Source: Bacilli bacterium (GTDB lineage Bacteria > Bacillota_I > Bacilli_A > RFN20 > CAG-826). From it: a DNA stretch of 64,000 nucleotides. Of this stretch, positions 1-8,689 are shown in pieces. Both the position numbers and the translations under genes were made by a program. Under the pieces are notes generated by a model. It searched no databases and was not told where the DNA came from. It saw only the letters and a program-made list of their open reading frames with translations. Position 1 is the first letter of the stretch. Each line of letters opens with the position of its first letter. Where the stretch lies: positions 23,760 to 87,759 of the forward strand of contig JBAYXD010000001.1 of NCBI GenBank assembly GCA_041673725.1. Reading direction: 5' to 3'.

Positions 1-37
1 TCGTTAATTTCTTCCATATCTATTATTTTACACTCAA

Positions 38-1609
38 TTATTTTTTAGAAAACATAGAAACAATAAATTGAGCATTTATATATCCACGATAATAATTTAA
101 ACTCAATTGGCCCACTAAATTTACAAATTCATAGTCAAAAATTGTTTTATCGTAATTAAAATAGACTATCGATGAATTAGGATTAATTTTTGTAATTAAG
201 TGTTTACCATCTCTACTCTTTTGAAGGAAATTAGTTTTAACCTCTTTAATTTCAAAATTTGGAGCTTGAAAGCCTTGACCAAAAGGGGATAATTTATCGA
301 TTACATCATAGTTTTCTTTAGTTATTTCTGACAAATTTATATTAATATATTTTTCATTAACTTCGACAAATGGATGTTTGGAAGCGGCTTTTTCGAAACG
401 CTCTTTAAAAACACTATAATCACTTTTATTTAAAGATAATCCACCAGCATTTTCGTGACCACCATAAGTTAAAAGAATATCCTTTAAATCATCTAGAATG
501 ATATTAATATTAAAACCATTCCTGCTTCTTAAACTGCCTTTATAAATGTTTGGATTATTATGTTCTTCAATTAGAACAACAGTTGGTTTATTAAACTCAT
601 CCATAAATCTTGAGGCTAATAGTCCAGTTAACCCTTCTTTTACATCGTTCCCTAAAACAATAATTATCGAATTATTACTATCATCAATTTTTTCGTTATC
701 TTTTATTAAATCAGAAACCATTTGCTTTCTTGATAGATTAACATTATTAATCCAAAGTGAAGTTTTGCTTATAAATTCTGTATCCGAAAAATTAACAAAA
801 TATCGGACTATATCGAATAAATGCGAATCGTTAACGATTCTACCAATGGCGTTTATTTTTGGTGCAACAGTCATCGAAATATCTCTTTCAGTTATTGGAC
901 CATATTCTTTTTTAATTAATAAGCAAATATTCTTATATTTATTCTTATTTAAGGAAGCTATTCCAAGTTTAGCAATTATTCTATTTTTATCGTTTAGAGG
1001 CATTAAATCACTGATTGTTGAAATCATCCCTAGTACCAATAAATATTCATCCGTAAAGCCAAGATATGCCTCACTAAAGAAAAAAGCTAAGCTACCAGCA
1101 GACATATTGATTTTTGAAAAATTACTTATTATAGGATGAAGAATAAATTTAGCATTTGGTAAAACATCTTCTCTAGTATGATGATCCATAATAACAACTT
1201 CCATTCCAAGAGAATTTGCATATTCCACTTCATCAACTAAAGTGATTCCATTATCTACCAAAACTAAAACTCTATAACCAAGATTATAGAAACGATCAAT
1301 ATTATTTTTTGTTAATCCATAACCATCAGTTTCTCTATAAGGAATGTAAAATCCTGGCGTAAAATCATTTGTTTTAAGGGTAAGATAAATGATTGATGTT
1401 GACATAATTCCATCACAATCGTAATCGCCATAAATTAAAATCTTAGCTTTGCTTCTTACTTTTTCTCTTAAATAGTTGGCACAAACTTCGATATTATCGT
1501 ACCCTAAAAAATCAGGTAAATCGTTAATTGATAATTCTTTTGCTAAATCATCATATTCTTTATCTGTTAAGCTATAATAGTCCAATATCTTTGATTTAAA
1601 ATCTTTCAT
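38..1609 (-). CDS. recJ: single-stranded-DNA-specific exonuclease RecJ (DHH/DHHA1 phosphoesterase)
   Basis: DHH motifs IYGDYDCDG and VIMDHHT, DHHA1 motif GGHENAGG near C-terminus; lies next to secDF as in Bacillus. Confidence 0.8.
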   Translation of the reverse strand: MKDFKSKILDYYSLTDKEYDDLAKELSINDLPDFLGYDNIEVCANYLREKVRSKAKILIYGDYDCDGIMSTSIIYLTLKTNDFTPGFYIPYRETDGYGLTKNNIDRFYNLGYRVLVLVDNGITLVDEVEYANSLGMEVVIMDHHTREDVLPNAKFILHPIISNFSKINMSAGSLAFFFSEAYLGFTDEYLLVLGMISTISDLMPLNDKNRIIAKLGIASLNKNKYKNICLLIKKEYGPITERDISMTVAPKINAIGRIVNDSHLFDIVRYFVNFSDTEFISKTSLWINNVNLSRKQMVSDLIKDNEKIDDSNNSIIIVLGNDVKEGLTGLLASRFMDEFNKPTVVLIEEHNNPNIYKGSLRSRNGFNINIILDDLKDILLTYGGHENAGGLSLNKSDYSVFKERFEKAASKHPFVEVNEKYININLSEITKENYDVIDKLSPFGQGFQAPNFEIKEVKTNFLQKSRDGKHLITKINPNSSIVYFNYDKTIFDYEFVNLVGQLSLNYYRGYINAQFIVSMFSKK

Positions 1610-1646
1610 ACAAATCTTAAAAAGACCACTTACGTGGCCTTATAAA

Positions 1647-4388
1647 CTAATCGTTAATTCCAATAAAGGTCGCTTCTTCTGGGCCATCCCCTTTATCAGT
1701 TTTATTTTTCTTGGCAAGTCTCTTATTACGATGTGAAGTATAATTTTCGCTAATTCTACTCCCGATTGATCCAAAGAACGAACTGAATAAATAAGTAATG
1801 TTAACAGTTAATGCTTTATAGAATAAAATCATAAGCAATAAACCAAGAATTACAAACACTACAAAGTAGGTTGTAAATGTTTTAGCAAATAAGAAACTAA
1901 TTAAAATAAAGCTTGATAAAATCGACATAATTATAACGTTTGAATGACTTAAAGAAATAGCATAATTACTATCTTCTTTTAATCCGGCAATATTAGATTT
2001 ATCAAGATGCTTTTCCTTCTTGATAGACTTTTCATAAACAAAGTAATTATCAAGTATTGCAAACCCTAAAATAACAAGTAAGACAACACCTAAAGTAATT
2101 TGACTAGAGAATGTTCCACGAATCAAACTGAATATTCCAGTTGTAATCGTAACAATTGTTCCAACAAAGATTAAGCTTACTAATCCTCGAGAAATACCAA
2201 ATCTAAGTATCATATAAACTCCAATTATTGCGCAACCAATCGCTGCAAATAATAAGCAATAATAATTGATTGTATCATCATTAACATTCGTAACGCCTTT
2301 TAACGCAACATCTTCAAAGTTAGAGACATTATTATAATCAACGATTAAATATTGAAGAGCATCATCAACACTTACATTATCTAACATATGGGAGTCATCG
2401 ACATAAGCGCTAACTTTTGTATTTTCATCTAAAATATTCTTTAATTCAACAATGTAATAAACTTTTTTAAGAGTTTCCTTGTTGTTAGCATAATTCTCTT
2501 TATAAGAATAAGTATAGGTGAGAACATCGTTATATTTAACGTTGGTAGTTGTTCTTGCATCTTTACTTGTATCAAAAGTATATAAATTATTTAAAACCTT
2601 TGTTTCCAAGTCCGAAACGCTTTGAATACGACTATTTTCATTATAATTAAATTGAATATAGATACGTGATGAAGTCACAGTATTTGAACTGGTATTATAA
2701 ATATTTCCATTAATTAATTGGAAACTTGTCATACCAATAATACTAGCAATCAATAGAGCAACAGCTGAAATTCCAAAGTATTTTGTTTTATTTTTACTTG
2801 TAGATTTTTTGAATGAATCAAAGTAAGTTGGTTTTTCATCTTTAGATAAATCTGGAATCTTCTTTCTCTCCACCATTAATAAATTAAGATGGTCAGCAAT
2901 AAATGTTGAATTGCTAAGGAAATAGTATAAACCACGTAAACATAAACCATTGATGACTAAATTAAGTAAGCCACCAAGAATTAATACAGCACCAATTGAA
3001 AGCATAATACTATTAGGAATAAGATAAGCAACTAAACCTAAAAGGATTGTAATAATCGAAAGATCAGCTTGAATACTGATAGTTCGTTTACTAGCTTCTT
3101 GATTTGCTTTACGTAAATTTTTACCTTTATAAAGTTCTTCTTTAACCGCTTTATAGTAGGAACAAGCACTAAATATTGAGACAACTGCTAAGGCAATAAG
3201 TGCAATAACAGTACCAATATTAAACTCGGCACCAAATGAGTTAAAGATTGCTAAAGTGACTAAAAGCATCGCTGGAGTCATGCTAATTGAAGCAAGTGAT
3301 CCTAAGCCATAATTTAATACTAAGAACAATCCAACAACTACAAAGGCTACAAGAGTCGAAATAAGTAAAGATGACATAACAATCGATTGATATGAACCAT
3401 ATGTATTGCCATGATAAATTAAGTTTTCAATAAACGCCGAAACATTGTTGCTAGCAGTATTAATATAATCTTTATTAATTAAGGTAACTTTATAATCAAG
3501 AGCCGAAGCATTGAATTTGCTACATACGATGTTAGCTAATCTATTAGCAAGTGTCGCATCATTATTAGCATCTGTAATAAAGCCAGTATACTTTAATTGA
3601 GTAAAAGTTTTATTTGGGTTTGCACTATCATAATCGTAGAATAAATTTTCTGCTTTAGTAGCATCGATTCTATCGATGTAAGCCTCAGTTTCCTTTGTAT
3701 TAGCACTAGTATTATCTTCAATAATTGTGGACATAGAATAGGTTTCTGAATCCCAATTATTGACAATATAAAGATAGTTTTCATTCTTTGTTTCTTCAGT
3801 CTCGGTATCAGCAAATGGTTTAACTTCGCTATTACTTAAAGAATGAACACTATTAGCTTGTGTATCATCTTTCTTAGTTCCGTTAATATTTTCATATAAC
3901 TTAGTCTTGAAATCCTCAGGTTTAGCAAGAGGCAAAACAATAACTGGTGAGTTATCGGTATAATCAACATAAGCTTTACCAGATGAGATAAAATCGGCAC
4001 TATCAAGTAAAATCTTACCACTATAATCCATGGCTTGAACTCCACCATCAAAATTTAAGAAAGTTGAAACATAGGTATTAATTTCACTCTTATCTTTAAA
4101 GGATAAACGAATTGTATCATTTCCTTCGTTTTCAAGTTCGTAAGTGGAAATGTTAGCTTCATCTAAACGGGTTTTAAAAACATCACTAATAGCTTTGATA
4201 GCGTCGCCATCAGTAATATCTCCTTCATTTTTTGTACCATCATCTTTTAAACTTATTTTGTATACAAAATTTTGACCAGAATCATAATCGGCACTGGCAT
4301 TAATTGACAACACAACTGGAACGAATCCCGTAAACACACTTATCAAAACGCTTACACAAAGTAAGATATATGCTATAAATCGCTTCAC
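1647..4388 (-). CDS. secDF: fused protein-export membrane protein SecDF
   Basis: 913 aa; N-terminal signal-anchor, two large extracytoplasmic domains each followed by a 6-TM hydrophobic cluster (SecD-like then SecF-like); sits between ruvB and recJ as in Bacillus. Confidence 0.55.
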   Translation of the reverse strand: MKRFIAYILLCVSVLISVFTGFVPVVLSINASADYDSGQNFVYKISLKDDGTKNEGDITDGDAIKAISDVFKTRLDEANISTYELENEGNDTIRLSFKDKSEINTYVSTFLNFDGGVQAMDYSGKILLDSADFISSGKAYVDYTDNSPVIVLPLAKPEDFKTKLYENINGTKKDDTQANSVHSLSNSEVKPFADTETEETKNENYLYIVNNWDSETYSMSTIIEDNTSANTKETEAYIDRIDATKAENLFYDYDSANPNKTFTQLKYTGFITDANNDATLANRLANIVCSKFNASALDYKVTLINKDYINTASNNVSAFIENLIYHGNTYGSYQSIVMSSLLISTLVAFVVVGLFLVLNYGLGSLASISMTPAMLLVTLAIFNSFGAEFNIGTVIALIALAVVSIFSACSYYKAVKEELYKGKNLRKANQEASKRTISIQADLSIITILLGLVAYLIPNSIMLSIGAVLILGGLLNLVINGLCLRGLYYFLSNSTFIADHLNLLMVERKKIPDLSKDEKPTYFDSFKKSTSKNKTKYFGISAVALLIASIIGMTSFQLINGNIYNTSSNTVTSSRIYIQFNYNENSRIQSVSDLETKVLNNLYTFDTSKDARTTTNVKYNDVLTYTYSYKENYANNKETLKKVYYIVELKNILDENTKVSAYVDDSHMLDNVSVDDALQYLIVDYNNVSNFEDVALKGVTNVNDDTINYYCLLFAAIGCAIIGVYMILRFGISRGLVSLIFVGTIVTITTGIFSLIRGTFSSQITLGVVLLVILGFAILDNYFVYEKSIKKEKHLDKSNIAGLKEDSNYAISLSHSNVIIMSILSSFILISFLFAKTFTTYFVVFVILGLLLMILFYKALTVNITYLFSSFFGSIGSRISENYTSHRNKRLAKKNKTDKGDGPEEATFIGIND

Positions 4389-4486
4389 AAACTGCCTCCA
4401 TCTCTTATTTATAAATAATTTATAAATAGATATTAACTATACGCATTTAAATATACCTTAAATCGCTATAAAAAACAATCGAATAT

Positions 4487-5452
4487 TTAGTCGTTTTTCT
4501 TGATAATTTTCGTCAATATTTCAACTCCTGTTTTTGTAATTTGTCGACCTTGTTTAGTCCTCTCGATAAAACCACTATTTACTAAATAAGGTTCATTAAT
4601 ATCCCGAATGTTAATTACGTTTTCATTTAAAACGCTTGCTACAGCTTCTAAAGAAACTGGTTTACCACCAAATTTCTTTGATAAACACGATAATATTTGA
4701 ATATCAACTTCACTTAAACCAAACTCGTTTATGTTAAGAAACTTAAAAGCTTCAAGGATATTTTGTTCATCAAATTTCTTGATTCCATAAAAAACCGAAT
4801 AGTCTAAAATTCGTTTCAGAATGTTGTTTGCGACCCTTGGAGTTTTTCGGCTTCTAGCCGCAATTTCTTTGATGGCCGAAACAAGTAAATGAAGATGGAT
4901 TTTTTTAGCATTATTTTGAATAATTTCTTTAAGTTCGTTTGAAGTATAATAATTAAACTTAAAAATAATCCCAAAACGATCTCTTAAAGGAGTCGAAATC
5001 GAACCAGCCATTGTCGTTGCTCCAATTAATGTAAAAGGAGATAAATCAAGCGTTATAGCCTTACTATTCTCTTCACTCTTATAAGTTATATTTATTTTGA
5101 AATCTTCCATTGCACTATATAAAATTTCTTCGACCTCACGGTCTAAATTATGAATTTCATCAATAAACAAAATATCACCTGGGTCAAGCGTCCCTAAAAT
5201 TGATACCATATCCTGAATCTCTTTTATGGCAGATGCACTTACAGTTACAATTTTTGCCTTCATTTCATTCGCAACCACATATGCTAATGACGTTTTCCCT
5301 AGTCCTGGAGGTCCATAAAATAACATATGATCCAATACGGTTTTTCGCTTTTTTGCACTAAATATATAAACTTTTAGTTCTTCGATGATGGTTTTTTGCC
5401 CAAAATAATTCTCTATTAGAGTTGGACGTAAGTAATTATCGTTATTTGGCAT
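4487..5452 (-). CDS. ruvB: Holliday junction branch migration ATPase RuvB
   Basis: Walker A GPPGLGKTSLA, AAA+ architecture, 321 aa; overlaps ruvA by about 10 nt. Confidence 0.9.
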   Translation of the reverse strand: MPNNDNYLRPTLIENYFGQKTIIEELKVYIFSAKKRKTVLDHMLFYGPPGLGKTSLAYVVANEMKAKIVTVSASAIKEIQDMVSILGTLDPGDILFIDEIHNLDREVEEILYSAMEDFKINITYKSEENSKAITLDLSPFTLIGATTMAGSISTPLRDRFGIIFKFNYYTSNELKEIIQNNAKKIHLHLLVSAIKEIAARSRKTPRVANNILKRILDYSVFYGIKKFDEQNILEAFKFLNINEFGLSEVDIQILSCLSKKFGGKPVSLEAVASVLNENVINIRDINEPYLVNSGFIERTKQGRQITKTGVEILTKIIKKND

Positions 5453-5999
5453 AACTATTTATCTCTTTTATAGCTGATTTTAAGGCTTCACTATCATTTA
5501 ATGAATTCGGCAATACATTTAAGGCATGACTAATATCTATAGATTTGTATCCAATTTTCTTTAACGCTTTAAAAACATTCTCATATCTAAAGAAATTATT
5601 GTTATCAAAATCATCTAATTTGTTGAATAACTCTACAATTATTCTATCTGCCCTGCATCCAACGCCTGGAATAACTACTAATTCACTACTATTTTTCGAC
5701 TTAATTAAGTATATTATCTCGTCTACACTTAAATTGTTTAATAACGCCATTGCAGTCTTTGAACCTACTCCATTTACGGTCATAAGCTTGTTAAAAAGCT
5801 TTAATTCTTTGGATGTCAAAAATCCATATAAAAGATATTCTTCCTCTTTTATAACATCTACAACATAAAAAGTGTAATCATCATTCAGATGATAATTTTT
5901 AAGATTTGAAGTAAAAATCTTAAAACCAACATTATTTACGTTTAAATCAACATAATCTTTACCAACTTCAACTACTTTACCAATTAGAAAATCTAGCAT
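5442..5999 (-). CDS. ruvA: Holliday junction DNA helicase RuvA
   Basis: N-terminal MLDFLIGKV OB-fold start, HhH motifs (GVGSKTA, PGVG), about 185 aa; operon with ruvB. Confidence 0.85.
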   Translation of the reverse strand: MLDFLIGKVVEVGKDYVDLNVNNVGFKIFTSNLKNYHLNDDYTFYVVDVIKEEEYLLYGFLTSKELKLFNKLMTVNGVGSKTAMALLNNLSVDEIIYLIKSKNSSELVVIPGVGCRADRIIVELFNKLDDFDNNNFFRYENVFKALKKIGYKSIDISHALNVLPNSLNDSEALKSAIKEINSYAK

Positions 6000-6025
6000 T
6001 TACTAAGTAAAGCATGAATAGAGTT

Positions 6026-7297
6026 TTATTCGTAGAAATCAAAACTAAAATCTTTTAACTTAACTGTATCACCATCTTTTGCACCCATTTGATGTAATTG
6101 TTTATCAACACCAATTTTATTTAGATAAGTTATAAGTCTCATCATTCCTTCATCAGTTGAAATATTTATAATATCATAAGTTCTTTCAACTCTTGTTCCA
6201 CTAATAACAAAGGTATGGTCGTCAGTTTTTGTAATGGTGAATATTGGTTCTTCGCTTGTTGCATCATAAACTTTTTCTTTATCTTTTTCTTCAAAGACAG
6301 GATAAGTTTGAGCAGTTTTTAGTAAGTCATAACAAGCATACAAAACCTTATCAAGACCTTCATCAGTAATACAAGAAATTGGAATAACCTTCTTACCAAC
6401 TTGCTTTTCAAACTTTTTAAGTCTTTCTTCTGCGCCTTCTTCATCCATCTTACTAGCAACAATTACTTGTGGACGATCAATCAAATGCATTCCATAATCT
6501 TTTAACTCATTATTAATTGTGTTATATGCTTCAAAAGGATCACGAATGCCACTCATATCGACCATATGAATTAAAACCTTACATCTTTCAATATGTCGTA
6601 AAAATAGCAATCCAAGCCCTTTTCCTAGATGTGCGCCTTCAATTAATCCTGGCATATCAGCTAGAACAAATGAATTTCCATCTTTTGTTGTAGCAACGCC
6701 TAAATTTGGTACTAATGTCGTAAAATCATAATCGCCAATTTCCGCTTTGCAGTTAGTAACACAACTAATAAAAGTAGATTTACCAACACTTGGATAACCA
6801 ACAATGCCAACATCTGCTAATAATTTTAATTCTAAAATGACACGTTTAGTTTCTCCTGGAAAACCATTTTCGGCAATCTTTGGAGCCTTATTTCGTGAAT
6901 TCTTAAAAGCTTCATTTCCACGACCACCACGACCACCTTTACAAATTAAATAAGTCTTTCCAATCTCATCCATATCACAAATAAATTCGTGGTTTTCTTC
7001 TAAAAAAACAACCGTTCCAATAGGAACATCAATATAAACATCTTCTGCTTTTCGGCCATACATGCTCTTAATATCACCTTTGCAACCATCCATGGCTTCA
7101 AAAGTTTTTGAATGTCTAAAGTTAACAAGAGTTGTCGTTGTTGCTGAGCATCTTAAATAAATACTTCCGCCACGACCGCCATTTCCACCGCTTGGACCGC
7201 CTAATGGTCTATTCTTTTCATGGATAAAAGCAATGGCACCATCGCCACCTTTTCCACTTCTTAATTCGATAATTACTCGATCAACAAATAAATTCAT
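6026..7297 (-). CDS. obg: GTPase Obg
   Basis: Gly-rich Obg fold GGDGAIAF / GGNGGRGG; G-domain GYPSVGKST. Confidence 0.9.
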   Translation of the reverse strand: MNLFVDRVIIELRSGKGGDGAIAFIHEKNRPLGGPSGGNGGRGGSIYLRCSATTTTLVNFRHSKTFEAMDGCKGDIKSMYGRKAEDVYIDVPIGTVVFLEENHEFICDMDEIGKTYLICKGGRGGRGNEAFKNSRNKAPKIAENGFPGETKRVILELKLLADVGIVGYPSVGKSTFISCVTNCKAEIGDYDFTTLVPNLGVATTKDGNSFVLADMPGLIEGAHLGKGLGLLFLRHIERCKVLIHMVDMSGIRDPFEAYNTINNELKDYGMHLIDRPQVIVASKMDEEGAEERLKKFEKQVGKKVIPISCITDEGLDKVLYACYDLLKTAQTYPVFEEKDKEKVYDATSEEPIFTITKTDDHTFVISGTRVERTYDIINISTDEGMMRLITYLNKIGVDKQLHQMGAKDGDTVKLKDFSFDFYE

Positions 7298-7308
7298 AAT
7301 GATTGTTT

Positions 7309-7341
7309 CTTTAAAAGAAAACCACCTTTTTAACAGGTGGC
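7309..7341 (-). terminator. intrinsic terminator/attenuator hairpin between rpmA and obg
   Basis: minus-strand stem CCACCT-(8 nt loop)-AGGTGG followed by TTTTCTTTT. Confidence 0.45.
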
Positions 7342-7346
7342 TTTAC

Positions 7347-7652
7347 TTACTTTTTTAATTCGTAAACGCTGACTCTCTTCTTGTCTTTGCCAACTCTTTC
7401 GAATTTGACATATCCAGCTTTAGTAGCGAATATTGTATCATCACTACCTTTTTTAGTATTAATTCCTGGATGGACACGAGTTCCACGTTGTCTATAAATA
7501 ATTGCACCTGCTTTGCAAACTTGACCATCACCGAGTTTGGAACCTAATCTACGACCAGCACTATCACGGCCGTTCTTAGTACTACCAACACCTTTATGGG
7601 ATGCAAAGAGTTGAATGTTAAGTTCAAATCTGAATTTCATAGTTATACTCAC
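7347..7652 (-). CDS. rpmA: 50S ribosomal protein L27 with cleavable N-terminal extension
   Basis: conserved core [14 protein letters not shown]; N-terminal propeptide ending in LF|ASHKG (the Prp cleavage motif of Firmicutes L27). Confidence 0.9.
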   Translation of the reverse strand: MSITMKFRFELNIQLFASHKGVGSTKNGRDSAGRRLGSKLGDGQVCKAGAIIYRQRGTRVHPGINTKKGSDDTIFATKAGYVKFERVGKDKKRVSVYELKK

Positions 7653-7660
7653 CTTTCCTT

Positions 7661-7966
7661 TTATAATTCTTTAATTACAATGTTATTAGAATATTTAGTT
7701 TCAAGGGTTTTCAATTGAGTAATGATTGTTTTAATAACGATATTATCGTCATTATTTGGCTTTTGCACCTTAACAACAACATCACCTGACTCAACATGCA
7801 TTAAGTAATTTTTATCATCTTTGATTGCGTTTAATCCACCAATAACAATTGATGAAACACAAGCACAAACTAAGTCAATTCCATTACTTTTTTTATAATC
7901 AGCATGTCCCAAAACACTAAAATCTATAACATCACCATCAACAACATGATAATTTACTTTAATCAT
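7661..7966 (-). CDS. prp: ribosomal-processing cysteine protease Prp (YsxB/DUF464)
   Basis: about 100 aa between rplU and rpmA; conserved His (LGHADY) and Cys (LVCACVSS) catalytic dyad region. Confidence 0.8.
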   Translation of the reverse strand: MIKVNYHVVDGDVIDFSVLGHADYKKSNGIDLVCACVSSIVIGGLNAIKDDKNYLMHVESGDVVVKVQKPNNDDNIVIKTIITQLKTLETKYSNNIVIKEL

Positions 7967-8274
7967 TATTGATTAATGGCTTCAATAGTTAAGCAAGTAT
8001 AAGGTTGTCTATGACCAATTGTTCTATGGTAATTAGATTTTGATTTATACTTGTATACTTTAATCTTCTTGCTTAAGCCTTGTTTTTCAACTTTGGCAAC
8101 GACTGTAGCACCCTTAATATAAGGATCGCCAGTCTTAATTGACTTATCGCCAACTAATAAAACTTTATCAAAAGTATATTTTGAACCAACTTCTACATCG
8201 AGTTTTTCGACATAAATCTTTTGGCCAACTTCAACTTTGATTTGTTTTCCGCCAGTTAAAATTATTGCGTACAT
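7966..8274 (-). CDS. rplU: 50S ribosomal protein L21
   Basis: N-terminus [18 protein letters not shown], 102 aa. Confidence 0.9.
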   Translation of the reverse strand: MYAIILTGGKQIKVEVGQKIYVEKLDVEVGSKYTFDKVLLVGDKSIKTGDPYIKGATVVAKVEKQGLSKKIKVYKYKSKSNYHRTIGHRQPYTCLTIEAINQ

Positions 8275-8460
8275 ATGTGTATTCCTCCTCTTTAAAAAAT
8301 TACTCGCTATTAAGGTGAAAATTGAATTTCTTGGATACCTTTTTTAAGCGGTTGTAGCTAAATAGAGTTACAACGTAAGAATTATACATATATTTAGTAC
8401 GAGTGTCAAACAAGAAAATACTTAAAATAACTAAAAAAACATCGGATTAGGAGTGTAAAA
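8275..8460 (-). promoter_or_regulatory. possible L21 ribosomal-protein leader RNA / 5'UTR of the rplU-prp-rpmA operon
   Basis: 186 nt non-coding leader before rplU with an internal stem (GTTGTA ... TACAAC); Firmicutes commonly carry a structured L21 leader here; no consensus checked. Confidence 0.25.
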
Positions 8461-8462
8461 TG

Positions 8463-8645
8463 CTACTTCCACGTAAATTGCCAACCACCAGGTAATTTAA
8501 TCGTCGAAGATTTACTCATAAAAAGACGATAAACACAAACAGCAGTTATTGCAATAACCATAACAGCCATCACTGCTGCTATAGTAATCGCTTCACCAAC
8601 TCGAATATTATCAAGTTCGCTATCAGTTAAGGCTACTCTATTCAT
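8463..8645 (-). CDS. small hypothetical membrane protein (60 aa, one TM)
   Basis: strong RBS AAAGGAGGAAAAGT before ATG; single hydrophobic helix ITIAAVMAVMVIAITAVCVY. Confidence 0.45.
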   Translation of the reverse strand: MNRVALTDSELDNIRVGEAITIAAVMAVMVIAITAVCVYRLFMSKSSTIKLPGGWQFTWK

Positions 8646-8689
8646 ACTTTTCCTCCTTTCACTAGGTAATGGGAGGGAATTATGAAAAA

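Noticed and set aside
546-1139. 197-aa plus-strand ORF inside recJ
   Set aside because: Antisense to a confidently identified recJ. Hydrophobic low-complexity translation typical of AT-rich antisense frames.
3593-4051. 71-73 aa minus-strand ORFs inside secDF in other frames
   Set aside because: Nested in a long, supported CDS. No RBS; composition matches an out-of-frame AT-rich translation.
7640-7652. Alternative rpmA start at the second ATG (MKFRF...)
   Set aside because: The only Shine-Dalgarno-like sequence (GGAAAGGTGAG) is correctly spaced for the first ATG and about 20 nt from the second. Either way the Prp cleavage site is unchanged.
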